Assembly: GCA_000091205.1 (NCBI GenBank) | Contig: AP006490.2 | Source of the DNA: Cyanidioschyzon merolae | Taxonomy: Eukaryota | Reading direction: 5' to 3' (one strand) | Length of the DNA stretch: 64,000 bases | Part shown: in pieces, positions 23,245 through 34,310 of the stretch | Layout: every line of letters starts with the position of its first letter | Numbering within the stretch: position 1 is the first letter of the stretch | The notes under the pieces: model-generated | What the model saw: the letters and a program-made list of their open reading frames with translations, nothing else | Databases searched by the model: none | What the model was told of the DNA's origin: nothing | Translations under genes and position numbers: made by a program

Positions 23245-24347
23245 GTGTGCGCTCCGCCGGTCGGAGCGCGCGCGCACGCGTACACCATCCAGGAGGCTGC
23301 GATTGGTGCAGGTGCTGGTGCAACGCATTCTGTAGGCGCGGATGCACATGTCCTTTATGTATAGGAAGGATCAGTTTGGGTGCATGGGTGCGCGCACGCG
23401 TACACCATCCAGGAGGCTGCGATTGGTGCAGGTGCTGGTGCAACGCATTCTGCAGGCGCGGATGCACATGTCCTTTATGTATAGGAAGGATCAGTTTGGG
23501 TGCATGGGTGCGCGCACGCGTACACCATCCAGGAGGCTGCGATTGGTGCAGGTGCTGGTGCAACGCTTTCTGTAGGCGCGGATGCACATGTCCTTTATGT
23601 ATAGGAAGGATCCGTTTGGGTGCATGGGTGCGCGCACGCGTACACCATCCAGGAGGCTGCGATTGGTGCAGGTGCTGGTGCAACGCATTCTGTAGGCGCG
23701 GATGCACATGTCCTTTATGTATAGGAAGGATCAGTTTGGGTGCATGGGTGCGCGCACGCGTACACCATCCAGGAGGCTGCGATTGGTGCAGGTGCTGGTG
23801 CAACGCATTCTGCAGGCGCGGATGCACATGTCCTTTATGTATAGGAAGGATCAGTTTGGGTGCATGGGTGCGCTCACGCGTACACCATCCAGGAGGCTGC
23901 GATTGGTGCAGGTGCTGGTGCAACGCATTCTGCAGGCGCGGATGCACATGTCCTTTATGTATAGGAAGGATCAGTTTGGGTGCATGGGTGCGCGCACGCG
24001 TACACCATCCAGGAGGCTGCGATTGGTGCAGGTGCTGGTGCAACGCATTCTGCAGGCGCGGATGCACATGTCCTTTATGTATAGGAAGGATCCGTTTGGG
24101 TGCATGGGTGCGCGCACGCGTACACCATCCAGGAGGCTGCGATTGGTGCAGGTGCTGGTGCAACGCATTCTGTAGGCGCGGATGCACATGTCCTTTATGT
24201 ATAGGAAGGATCAGTTTGGGTGCATGGGTGCGCGCACGCGTACACCATCCAGGAGGCTGCGATTGGTGCAGGTGCTGGTGCAACGCATTCTGCAGGCGCG
24301 GATGCACATGTCCTTTATGTATAGGAAGGATCAGTTTGGGTGCATGC
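23245..24347. repeat. Tandem array with a 120-bp unit, about 9.2 copies, more than 95% identical between copies
   Basis: The unit 'cgcgcacgcgtacaccatccaggaggctgcgattggtgcaggtgctggtgcaacgcattctg[c/t]aggcgcggatgcacatgtcctttatgtataggaaggatc[a/c]gtttgggtgcatgggtg' starts at 23271, 23391, 23511, ... 24231. It creates long in-frame artefact ORFs on both strands. Confidence 0.95.
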
Positions 24348-25512
24348 GTTTCCCAGCTTGCGGCGAACGCCGGAGTCGCGCTGCTCCTGCACCTACATAC
24401 TCCAAGCAACATGCGTCTATATCACACGACGTGTACCGCCGCGGACGCGCAAATGAGAGGCAGCACTACCAGCCTGTGGGCATTGCCGTCACCGCTATAC
24501 AGCATAGATTCGATTCATGGAAACAGGTTCACGCGGATACGTGAAACGCAGCGGCGATTTGTCGTGATTCTGCGCTCGACTGTATGCATCCCAGGAGTTT
24601 TACTTGCGCAAGCCTAGCATCCTCTTTCGGAATAGAGGTCTGGTTAATCCAAAGACCCAGCAGCTGCGAACCTCTATTGCGCACGCCTTGCTTTACCATG
24701 ACGTGTATCGACTCGATGAGCTCAACAGTGCCGCTCCCGACACAGCTGGGTAGCACAGACAGCGGCAAATGACATAACGCTGGGCGAGCACGGATCCTAC
24801 GGAGGTTTCCGTATCAACACGGCATTGCAGCATTCGTGTTTATAAATCCTGGGAACATCCTGCCTGCTTCTGCAGTTTCCACATTACCGAATTCCCCCAT
24901 AACATGATTCTTCTACAAATCCTGGGGACTAGCGAGGGAGAGCGTCCACCTCTATCACCGTAATCGATCGCCAAGGAGCCTCGAGGCGCGCACAGTGACG
25001 CGCCAACATTGCCTAGGGCAGCGCTTGGTACGGGCGGCAGACACGGGGCGACTGCACCACTTTGCAGAGAAAACCAGAACATTCTCGCTTACACGCCGAC
25101 AGAGAAGGCTGCCGCACCACGGCACTTGTCTGGAATATCTCGTTCAGTGCACATCGCTTCGAATGCATCGCATGTGCAAAGGAAAGCCTCCAGACAAAAC
25201 ACTCTTGAATACAAGCCTCTCTGTTCGAAGCTGCCCGCTCGGCGTATGCTGACGCTCCGGTCTATCACGATGCACCAGAGATGCTTGATCGCTACGAACC
25301 TTTCCGACGCTTGCCATGCATACAATTCCGACTGGTAGCGTTTGCAGCTAGTCTATGGGATCGAAGAGTCCCAGCAGTAATCTAGCTGATCTGTAACGCT
25401 CGTAAACGCTCATGGGGCGATACGGAACTGGTTCAATAGGTCGCACCGGCTACGCAGTGCGTCTTGGTGGCGCAGCCAGTTTCCGCACAAGGTCCAGAAA
25501 AGCTCTGAGCGT

Positions 25513-27882
25513 TTGCCGTGCACCGCTCCCCAGTGGTGTTGCGTCCAAAACATCAGCGGGCATTTGTTAAGCACCATGAGATTGATTTGGAAAGGCTGGC
25601 CAATCGAGCTGTCGGAGCGACTTGCTGCCCAGGCTGACTGGGAGCGACGACGCTGGCGAACTGCTATCGTGGCGCTCGAATCAACCGTGGTTACCCACGG
25701 CTTGCCATACCCGCAGAACTTAGAGCTCGTCGACCAGATCCAGACGAATATTCGTCAAAAGGGTGCACAGCCGGCACTCCTGGCCATCATTGACGGGGTC
25801 ATTACCGTAGATCCCGACTCAGCGGTCAGTCAGCGTTTAGCTGAACAGGGAGCTCGGGTCTTTCGCAAGTGCAACCTACGCGACCTGAGTCTGGCGGTTG
25901 CCGAGCGTTGGAACGGTTCTCTAACAGTCTCGGCAGTGATGGAAGTCGCACACGGCCTTGGTTTCCGGGTGTTTGTGACCGGCGGCATCGGTGGCGTCCA
26001 CCGTGACTTTACACAGAACCACGACGCCTCCGCAGACCTGACTGCACTTGCTCGAATCCCGGTATGCGTTGTCTGCGCGGGCGTGAAAAGCGTTCTTGAC
26101 ATTGGAGCTACCCTAGAACGCCTTGAGACAGATGCAGTGCCCGCCATAGTCTTCAACTCGTCGGAGTTTCCTGCGTTCTGGTGCCGACGCTCCGGGTATG
26201 CAGCACCAGCGCGCCTCGATACCGTGGAACAGGTCGCGACAGTGCTTCGGTTGCACCTGCTACCGCTGCTCTCATCGGCTAGAGTAGACCATGATGGCGA
26301 GTGCACCAACGCAGAAAGACTACCGTGCGGTATGCTGGTAGCTGTGCCGATCCCTGCTGAGGCGGAATGCTCGGAATCCGAGACCGCTATTCAGCAAGCG
26401 CTGGCGGAGGCGACCCAGAGAGGCATTCGCGGCAAAGCGTTGACACCGTTCCTGCTCGAGCGGGTCGCAGCGCTCACCCAAGGAGCCTCAGTGCGTGCGA
26501 ACATGGCCCTGCTGCTTCATAATGCGTCCTTTGGGGCGGCGCTCGCCTCTGTCATGCACCACAGCTGTCACGGGTTGCCGCTGGGCAGTGCCCTTCGACG
26601 ATACCAGCACCAGCAGCACCAGCACCATCAGTTATCGTATGCATCGATCACGGGATCGCGACACACAATCGACGAAGCGCTCAATGGGTGCCCGTCCGAT
26701 GATCCCGAGCAGCGCCTCCTTGCCAGGAACGGCCCCGTACACGACGACAGCTCCGCATCCTTGGAGCCGGCACTGGATGCGGACGCAGCGCAACCTGAGC
26801 TAGCGCAGCACCCGAAGCAGCGCCTGACTGCGGATTGTGGGGCAAGTGCACCGCTCCGCTGGCTCCCGGTGACGGTGCTGGGTCACTGGACACTCGATAT
26901 TTACGCTTTCGCCAGCAGCAATGTGCCATTTTCCTCAAATCTTACTGCGGTACCTGCATCTTATCCTGGTGTGATCCGCAGCGCCTACGGTGGTGTCGGT
27001 TACAATATCGCCTTGACTCTGAGCTACCTCGCAGGCGGCGGCGCCAGCCCGTACTTCACGGCCTCTGAGGTGATGAGGGATGCACACTTGGGACGACTTG
27101 CCGAGTCATCACTCACTATGGCGAACGAACGACGCCTAGGCACGTTCTGGTCGACACGGCACCCTGCGGCAACGTACGTGGCCGTCCACAACGAAGCACG
27201 CGACCTGCTCTTCGCCGTCTTTGACGGAGCCGATATCACGCCCGCGATGCTTGGTCACGTGAACTCGTCTCGCCCGATTGTTTGGGATGCCAACCTGACC
27301 CCGGCAGCAATGGCTGCACTACCACGAGCAAGCAGTTTCTGGTATGAGCCCACGTCACCGGCCAAGGCAGGACGTATTGTCGCTGCGCAGCGGCTCGAGG
27401 CGCTGCCGTGGATGTCGCCCAACGAACTTGAACTCATAGCGATTGCACAGGCTGCTGGATTCTCGTTCCAGGAAGGTGCCATCGCGGATGACGGCTCGAT
27501 ATCCGATGCGCTGATTACCGCAGCAGCCGCGTACCTGGTGAACACACGGGGCGTTCGGAATATCCTGGTCACCCAGGGTGCCCGCGGCGTCACCTGGTTC
27601 TATCCGGATGCTGGTGCACTAGGTGGCATCGCATCCCGCCATTTCGATGCGATTCGTGTAGAAAAGTCTAATGTTCGTTCAACAACAGGTGCTGGCGATG
27701 TCTTCGCTGCGGCGGTCATCTTTGCGTTGTGCGGTTGGGGGCCGGCGCCGCCTCTGGCTCCCGCCCAGGCGATTTCTTTTGGACTCGAGGCGGCAGCGAT
27801 CGCTTGTCAGTATGAGACTGCAGTGCCGCCTGCAGACGCCCTAAGGCCTATTGTACAGCGAATGAGGCGCCACCGGCTCTGA
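25513..27882 (+). CDS. Bifunctional pseudouridine-5'-phosphate glycosidase (PsuG/IndA-like, N-terminal) and pfkB-family pseudouridine kinase (C-terminal)
   Basis: The N-terminal half is colinear with PsuG: 'AIVALESTVVTHGLPYPQN', 'GFRVFVTGGIGGVHRD', 'VCVVCAGVKSVLDIGATLERLETDAVP', 'ALTPFLLERVAALTQG'. The C-terminal third carries the pfkB anion hole and catalytic motif 'TTGAGDVFAAAVIFAL'. A roughly 120-aa low-complexity linker separates the two halves. Confidence 0.85.
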   Translation: MPCTAPQWCCVQNISGHLLSTMRLIWKGWPIELSERLAAQADWERRRWRTAIVALESTVVTHGLPYPQNLELVDQIQTNIRQKGAQPALLAIIDGVITVDPDSAVSQRLAEQGARVFRKCNLRDLSLAVAERWNGSLTVSAVMEVAHGLGFRVFVTGGIGGVHRDFTQNHDASADLTALARIPVCVVCAGVKSVLDIGATLERLETDAVPAIVFNSSEFPAFWCRRSGYAAPARLDTVEQVATVLRLHLLPLLSSARVDHDGECTNAERLPCGMLVAVPIPAEAECSESETAIQQALAEATQRGIRGKALTPFLLERVAALTQGASVRANMALLLHNASFGAALASVMHHSCHGLPLGSALRRYQHQQHQHHQLSYASITGSRHTIDEALNGCPSDDPEQRLLARNGPVHDDSSASLEPALDADAAQPELAQHPKQRLTADCGASAPLRWLPVTVLGHWTLDIYAFASSNVPFSSNLTAVPASYPGVIRSAYGGVGYNIALTLSYLAGGGASPYFTASEVMRDAHLGRLAESSLTMANERRLGTFWSTRHPAATYVAVHNEARDLLFAVFDGADITPAMLGHVNSSRPIVWDANLTPAAMAALPRASSFWYEPTSPAKAGRIVAAQRLEALPWMSPNELELIAIAQAAGFSFQEGAIADDGSISDALITAAAAYLVNTRGVRNILVTQGARGVTWFYPDAGALGGIASRHFDAIRVEKSNVRSTTGAGDVFAAAVIFALCGWGPAPPLAPAQAISFGLEAAAIACQYETAVPPADALRPIVQRMRRHRL

Positions 27883-28276
27883 GGCGGTGCTTAGCGTGCA
27901 CCGGGCGACGCACTGTTGACGTGGATGATGACGATGTATCCACGATCAAACCGGCACATTGCCGGAACAGATGGGATCGTCTTTGCCGGCTGCTGGCTGG
28001 TCCCCCGGCATGCTATTGGAACTCCGCTGCCGGCTTTCCGGGATACCAATGGAACTCCGTTGCTGAGATCGCTGTGTCTGGCGTCTGTGCTGAACCGCTT
28101 CACTGGACATGAAGCCAGCCTCGCTTTACGGTCGAGGAATGCGTTCTCGCAAAGGCAAGAACTTTTCCGCAAGTCGATGCTTTCAAGGACACCGCTTTTC
28201 AAGTCGGTGGCGGCAAGTCATAGAGGCTGGATCGTCGCAGCCTATGCATTGCCAGGGAAGCGAATGGCATGCAGAC

Positions 28277-28306
28277 GACAACAAGCCAGCCAGCCAGCCA
28301 GCCAGC
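28277..28306. repeat. (CCAG)n microsatellite
   Basis: The sequence 'agccagccagccagccagccagccagc' lies in the convergent 3' intergenic region between the PsuG-K fusion and RPB2. Confidence 0.9.
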
Positions 28307-28427
28307 CAGCTTGCCTGCCAAGTTTTCCCCGCTCAGAGCGGCCCAATGGATGCTGTGGAGCTCGCGGTGCTGGACCAGCATGCCAAGGCGCGTGCTCAGA
28401 CGCCCGGGATCACCCCGTACGCTCGTG

Positions 28428-31400
28428 CTATTCACCGAGGTCGGTCAGCACCATCCGCGGAGCAATAGCCATGGACATGAGCTCCTGGAACAGTAGTTTG
28501 CAGGCATACGGAATCTCGACGGCGGCAATTCGCGTCTTGTTCTTACATCCCCGGCATTCAAAAATAGAGCGTCGGAGATCAGCGATAGCAATGAGGCCGC
28601 ACCTTTCGCACACATGCACGCGATACTTATCGCTCACGTCGCACATGCGCTCTTTGAGTACTGCTGAGGCGCCGTACGCCACAAATACATCTTTCTCCAT
28701 CTCACCGATTCGTAGGCCACCGCCTCGACTTTTGCCCTCAACGGGCTGACGCGTAAGCACCTGCACGGCACCGCGAGCACGGGCTCCCAATTTTTGGTAG
28801 ACCACATGACGGAGACGTTGGTAGTAGTTCACGCCCATAAAGATGGCCGCATTCATCGGGCGACCCGTTTGACCGTTGAAGAGCAGCTCCCAGCCGCGCG
28901 GATCGTAGCCATGGCGAACAAGCTCCCGTCCAATGGCGTCGACGGTGACTGGTGTGAACGCAGTTGCGTCGCCCTCGACCCCGCTGAGCGCACACACTTT
29001 GCCCAGGAGCGCCTCAATCAAATGTGCAATCGTCATTCGACTGGGTACAGCGTGCGGGTTCATGATAATGTCCGGCCGGATACCGTCCACGTTGAACGGA
29101 AGATCCTCCTCGGGCATGCAGAGGCCCATGGTGCCCTTCTGACCGTGTCGGGATGCAAACTTGTCCCCGACTTGCGGGATGAGCTCCGTTCGAACGCGCA
29201 CTTTCACCATTCGCGTTCCCGCCTCTCCCGTACAGATGAGCACCTTGTCGGTAACACCTCGCTCGGTGCGCTTCATGACCAGAGAGCAGTCTTTGCGCGT
29301 TCGCATACCACTTAGGGCGGCCATACCTGAGGCCGTTTCCTGTTCAGCCGCGTCGACTGCGGCACGGGATGCTCCCAGTGGTGCGGTTTTACCCACGAGC
29401 ACATCACCACCGCGAACACGTTCGCCCACACCGATCAAGCCGTCGGATTCGAGTTTTGAGTAGGCGTGTGCTTCTTTCATGCCCAGGGTGACCGCCGGAT
29501 CCGGTTTGCTGATCGTTTCCTGCTGCCCGAAGAGTTTCTTCTGTTCCTCCTCTTTGAAGGTCTTGTAATAGACAGAGCGAAAGAGACCGCGATCCACTGC
29601 AGCTTGGCTCATGATGAGTGAATCCTCCTGATTGTAACCAGAGTAGCACGCAATAGCCACCACAGCGTTGATACCGGCGGGAAGCGTGCGAAACTGCAAA
29701 TGTTCCATAACGCGCGTCGTTACCAGTGGTTTCTGGGGATAATACAGCACATGCGCCATGGTGTCCATACGCAAATTATAATTCGTCAAGTACATACCCA
29801 TCGCTTGCTTGCCCATGGCCGATTGATAGGTGTTACGCGGTGACTGGTTGTGATCCGGGAAAGGAATAATCGACGCACAGACACCGAAAATCATGGAAGG
29901 ATGGATCTCCATATGCGTATAGGTCGCGTGGTCGCCACTCGTCGCCAAATGCTCTTGGTCCATGGCAATCATTACGGTCTCTTCCTCGTTCACGTCGAGA
30001 TATTCGACCAGACCTTCACGAACAAGTCGCGAAAAGGTATAACCGGTGGTTTCATAGTCTCGAAGCAGGTCGATATGTTGCTTGCGGATCCGCAACAAGT
30101 TCGTTTCCGTATCCACGATGAATAGTGGCCGGCAGACGCGTCCAGCGTCTGTTCCAATACGCAGCTCACCGTGGCTGACATCAAACACAATGCTGACCTC
30201 GTCAGCGATCTCACCGGATCGACGTAGCACCCGCAGCGCGGTGACGAGCTCTTCGGGTCGTGGATGAATGCCCACCCAGGAGCCGTTCAGAAAAACTTTT
30301 GTTTGGCGCTTAATTCGTTCGGCGGTTACTTCGTACAGGGGCTCCATCTCGAAGTTGTACAGCATCTCGAGGATATCTGCCACGGGAGTGCCGACGCTGA
30401 TGTACGCCATGAGCGCGAGGTTTTTCACGAGGCCACAAGACTGACCCTCGGGGGTCTCAGCTGGGCAAATCATGCCCCACTGGGTGTTGTGGAGTTGGCG
30501 AGGTTTCGCGAGTTTGCCCTCTCGTCCAATGGGCGAGTTCAAGCGTCGCAGGTGCGATAACGAGGCCGCATATGTTAGGCGATTCAGAACCTGTGATACA
30601 CCTGTTCGAACCGCTGCTTTGCGGTCTGCACGCCAGTTACCCGTTGCGATTGCGTATTTGAGGTTGTCAGTTATTGTGCGACCTTTCACAGCTAACGCAA
30701 TATTCAACTCCTTGCCCATGTCAAGTTGATGCTGCAGAATCGAACGCGCATCCTTGACGACTTTTTGGAACAGCTGACGAAAGAGCCCCGTGAGCAATGG
30801 ACCCGCTAGATCCAGCCGCTTCAGGCCGTAATGGTCGCGATCATCTTCTTCGCGGCGCCCGAGAACAGTAGCCAACAACTGGTGGGTCATGTACCCCAAA
30901 AACCAGGCCTTGGCAGGTTCGTACGCACCGATACCGATGTGCGGCAGGAACTCGAGCTGCAGAACCTCACGGGCATAGCGAATGCGTCGGTCGCGAGTGG
31001 CACCAACAGAATTGCCTCGCTTGCCAATAAAATCCAGAGCCAAGTTTTGATCAGTAATCACTGAGCCCATATCCAGAGATGGCATCAAAAGCGTCTGCAT
31101 TTCCTCATCATCGGTGTCGTAAATGACACGTTCCATTATCTCCCGATCAGACTCGAGGCCCAGGGCGCGGAAGACGACCGCCAGTGGAATATCGGCACGG
31201 ATATACGGCAAGCTGACCATAATGCATTGACCGCTCTGACCTTTGACGCCACCGCGGGTGATTTTGACCTGAGTTGTTCGCGCAGGCTTATTGCCGCGAT
31301 CGAGAACAGATCGACACTCTGCCACATGTGAGTACGGGGCCGTTGATGCTCGCTTGAAAACGTAGACCGCATTGTTGCCCATACGCTCCTGGGCAATCAG

Positions 31401-31982
31401 CGCTTTCTCCGAGCCATTGATGATGAAATAGCCTCCCTGATCGTAAGGGCATTCGCCGATGTTCTGCAGTTGGTACTCTGTGAGGCCATTCAGATGGCAA
31501 AAATCCGAGTGCAACATCATCGGAACCCGACCGAGGTAGAGATTGCGAGCTGGATGTCGAAACTCGCGCTCCTCCTTGGTAGCGGGATCTATTTCGATGT
31601 CGATGCGCGTGACCTCCACGTAAAGCGGCGACGAGTACGACAGGTTGCGCAACCGCGCCTCGTGTGGGAAAAGCACCGTAGGCGTGCCGTCAACCTCCGT
31701 GAAAGTTGGCTTTCCAGCGCTCAACTGACCAAAGGAAATAATGGTCCTCGTCCCCTCGGGAGGCGCTCTTTTGCCTGGCACGTGCTGCGGCTGGGGACGA
31801 AGAACAATATCCGGCGTCTCGTCTACGATTGTTTGACACGCGTTCCCTATGAACTCGTTGAACGAGTCCAGTTGCTGCTTTACGAGACCCTTCTCTCGAA
31901 AGTGAGCAGATATAACGTCCCAGATGTCATCGGCCGAGAGCTGATCTTCTGCGGAAACGGATGCTCGCTGCGGCTTTGCCAT
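28428..31982 (-). CDS. RPB2: DNA-directed RNA polymerase II second-largest subunit RPB2, 1184 aa, single ORF
   Basis: The N-terminus 'DIWDVISAHFREKGLVKQQLDSFNEFI...LFPHEARLRNLSYSSPLYVEV' matches Pol II RPB2 specifically. Additional conserved segments include 'GDKFASRHGQKGTMG' and the C-terminal zinc ribbon 'CERCGLIA...CRGCKN'. Confidence 0.95.
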   Translation of the reverse strand: MAKPQRASVSAEDQLSADDIWDVISAHFREKGLVKQQLDSFNEFIGNACQTIVDETPDIVLRPQPQHVPGKRAPPEGTRTIISFGQLSAGKPTFTEVDGTPTVLFPHEARLRNLSYSSPLYVEVTRIDIEIDPATKEEREFRHPARNLYLGRVPMMLHSDFCHLNGLTEYQLQNIGECPYDQGGYFIINGSEKALIAQERMGNNAVYVFKRASTAPYSHVAECRSVLDRGNKPARTTQVKITRGGVKGQSGQCIMVSLPYIRADIPLAVVFRALGLESDREIMERVIYDTDDEEMQTLLMPSLDMGSVITDQNLALDFIGKRGNSVGATRDRRIRYAREVLQLEFLPHIGIGAYEPAKAWFLGYMTHQLLATVLGRREEDDRDHYGLKRLDLAGPLLTGLFRQLFQKVVKDARSILQHQLDMGKELNIALAVKGRTITDNLKYAIATGNWRADRKAAVRTGVSQVLNRLTYAASLSHLRRLNSPIGREGKLAKPRQLHNTQWGMICPAETPEGQSCGLVKNLALMAYISVGTPVADILEMLYNFEMEPLYEVTAERIKRQTKVFLNGSWVGIHPRPEELVTALRVLRRSGEIADEVSIVFDVSHGELRIGTDAGRVCRPLFIVDTETNLLRIRKQHIDLLRDYETTGYTFSRLVREGLVEYLDVNEEETVMIAMDQEHLATSGDHATYTHMEIHPSMIFGVCASIIPFPDHNQSPRNTYQSAMGKQAMGMYLTNYNLRMDTMAHVLYYPQKPLVTTRVMEHLQFRTLPAGINAVVAIACYSGYNQEDSLIMSQAAVDRGLFRSVYYKTFKEEEQKKLFGQQETISKPDPAVTLGMKEAHAYSKLESDGLIGVGERVRGGDVLVGKTAPLGASRAAVDAAEQETASGMAALSGMRTRKDCSLVMKRTERGVTDKVLICTGEAGTRMVKVRVRTELIPQVGDKFASRHGQKGTMGLCMPEEDLPFNVDGIRPDIIMNPHAVPSRMTIAHLIEALLGKVCALSGVEGDATAFTPVTVDAIGRELVRHGYDPRGWELLFNGQTGRPMNAAIFMGVNYYQRLRHVVYQKLGARARGAVQVLTRQPVEGKSRGGGLRIGEMEKDVFVAYGASAVLKERMCDVSDKYRVHVCERCGLIAIADLRRSIFECRGCKNKTRIAAVEIPYACKLLFQELMSMAIAPRMVLTDLGE

Positions 31983-32959
31983 GAACGCCAGCGTTCAAAC
32001 CAAAGGTCTCAGTACTGAGCGCCGCTCCGTAGAGGTCAGTCCGAATTCCCAGGGTTGCTTCTCCTCAACGATTTACTCGCTCAGATCCGCCTACGGGCTA
32101 CGAACAAAGGAAAACCAGGAAGGCTCGCAGCGCTAACAAGCTTGCCGCCACAACAACGATAACAACAGGTACACGAAAAGCGTGCCTTCCTGAGCGAATC
32201 CACAGAGGGCGCCCCCTGGGTTCCGCGCTAGCACAAGGCGGCGCTGTACGCGGTAATCCGTGGAACGCCTCCGGATGCAGGTATCCGTTGCGGAAGCTAG
32301 GATTCCGGGTTCTTGCAAACGTTTCCTTGATCATGACAGGTTGATGCAACACGGGTTGACATTTCCAAAAAGCTAGTCATCGCTGCGCATACTCGGATCA
32401 GGGTTCAGTGTGAGTGATCCGTCGACGAAAAACGATATGTTACCCGGCGTACTTTCGCTGAAACACGCAGCGGCTAAAGCGTGCGCTGGACTCGTGGCCC
32501 CGGCAACATCCAGGTGTTAGCGCGTGGACTGTGCGCAACGTTGTTACAGCATATGGTTTTTCTCGTTCGCGGCTCCTTGGGATACCATCCGGAGGTGTGT
32601 GGCTCCGCGAAAGTCGTGAGTTCATGGCGCCGGTTGGCGGACTCGATTCAAAAACAACGTGATGCGTCTTTGTCAGAATACAGTGGAAAGGGTCCACTTT
32701 GCTCCATCATGCGTGCGCATTAAAGTTTGGGTCTCTTCCCATGGTCTTTTAGACCGGCGCTTTGGGGGTTCTCCTGCAACTGCTTCCTTTTCGTGGATCT
32801 CGCATCCGGCATGAAAAACGCCGGTCTCTCTTGTCACTCCAGCTCTGTTGTCAGCCGTCCGAAGATTTTGATGACAGCGTTCAAGTCCCGACGCTGCCGC
32901 TTGTGACTGTTGGCAACGCAGTTCATGCGCAGGTGATGGCTGCGATCTACGACTCGCTA

Positions 32960-33310
32960 ACCATTTTCATCCATTTTGTACGGAGCCTGGGTGTGCCCTC
33001 TGCAACGGTAACGCTTGACTTGGGCCGTACGTTTCCACACGCTCACCATGTCAGCTTATTCGATGGCTGCCCTGAGGCGCGTGAACGCTCGTTTCAATCC
33101 ACGGCACATACCCTTGACGGGTACAGAAAGCCTCCACAGATGCCCTGCTCGGTTTCCGCGCTCGGGGCCGTACGCGACGATAACCGGCTTCATCTGGAAG
33201 ATGCCCTCGATACGGACGCTGTCCTCTGCACACCTAGGCGCAAACTGCTCCATTCGACAGAGGTTTTGTGAAACGCGATGTTGACCATAATGATTCAGGT
33301 ACCGTACGGA
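32960..33310 (+). repeat. Dispersed element family 2, copy 1 (at least 350 bp)
   Basis: It aligns with 60900..61290 in the same orientation. Shared blocks are 'ttcgatggc..tcctg', 'gacgggtacagaa[a/g]g', 'cagagg[t/a]t.tgtg[a/g]aacgcg[a/g]tgttg' and 'ag[g/t]acc...actggagag/cg'. Confidence 0.55.
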
Positions 33311-34310
33311 GCACCCACACTGGAGAGGAAATAGAAAGATTTCGATCCGTTTAAGCTTGCGACTTGCAGTGCTGTAACGCACGATCCACTGGAAAGGATC
33401 GCTGCTGCGACTGGAGTCCGAGTATGGGACACTTTTCGGTGCACATAGTGGAGATGAGCAGCGCTCGGAGCATATCCGCTGAAGGGTATCATGCTGGTAT
33501 CGAATGCTGTACCGTTGTCTTCATAAATGGAGGATGATTTGCCTTTCGAAGGCAATCGCTTATTTGACTTAAAAATGTCCGTGAACTTTCGGCATGAGCC
33601 TGTGAAGAGACCTCCAAGAGGTGACCTCGATCGTAATCCACGGTAGTCCCCGGGTGAGGATTTCTGCGCCCCCGCGTACCCAGAAACACCAGGATCGAGA
33701 GCTTGATAACGCGTGATTCGGGTTTGCCGCTCGCAAGAAAAGGAGACGAATAGAGCCTGTTCGTATGTATTGGATAATGGTTTCGGTTATTTTAGGAACC
33801 TTGGTTCTAGGGATAGCGAATCATCCTCGATCCGTTGACGTTACGAATGCGAGCAACAAAGCGTCGAAGGAGCCACTCCCAAAACGAAGACCTAGAACCC
33901 CACCCGCCAACAACCAGGAATGAGTCCCAAGGCCCTTAATGCTGTACTTGCAAGTTCGAGGTTGTCCAATTGGAAAGTTTCGGACAATCTCCACCGCGGA
34001 TGAAATCGAGCACCTCAGGTTTCCGCGTTCATCTGGTACGAGTCTCGTCCAGAGACAGATCGCCACGAGACACCGTGATCGCGGTGGAGCGCGCACGCGC
34101 CCGACTGCTTCGCCTTGGCTGAAAAAGCGTTCTGCCCAATACCGGGTGCATCGCGATACTCGCTGTTGTTGAGGTTTCGTTCATAGCTCGCTCTGTGAAA
34201 CCAGCACGCTTCGGAGTATTTCCTCCGCGTAAACTGGAAAGGTTACACGTCGGTGTGCGGCTCTCTTGATAACAAGTGGTCCAGAAGGCGACCGTCTCAA
34301 GCCTGCAGGT

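Noticed and set aside
23245-24347. Possibility that the regular arrays are CRISPR loci
   Set aside because: The units are directly contiguous with no unique spacers, and the context is a eukaryotic nuclear genome (Pol II, eIF3, proteasome, CDK genes). They are minisatellites.
23240-24617. Long ORFs on both strands across the 120-bp array (390 aa on the minus strand, 456 aa on the plus strand) and short repeat ORFs such as 'MHMSFMYRKDQFGCMGARTRTPSRR'
   Set aside because: They exist only because the repeat unit is a multiple of 3. Identical 40-aa units iterate with no start context or flanking coding signal. They are treated as non-coding satellite pending expression data.
32088-32110. A 'gcctacgggc' string, and a 'ccggccttttttgac' string at about 38308, reminiscent of the 5S rRNA and U2 snRNA 5' regions
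   Set aside because: The similarity is limited to about 10 nt and the remainder of the conserved RNA sequences is absent.
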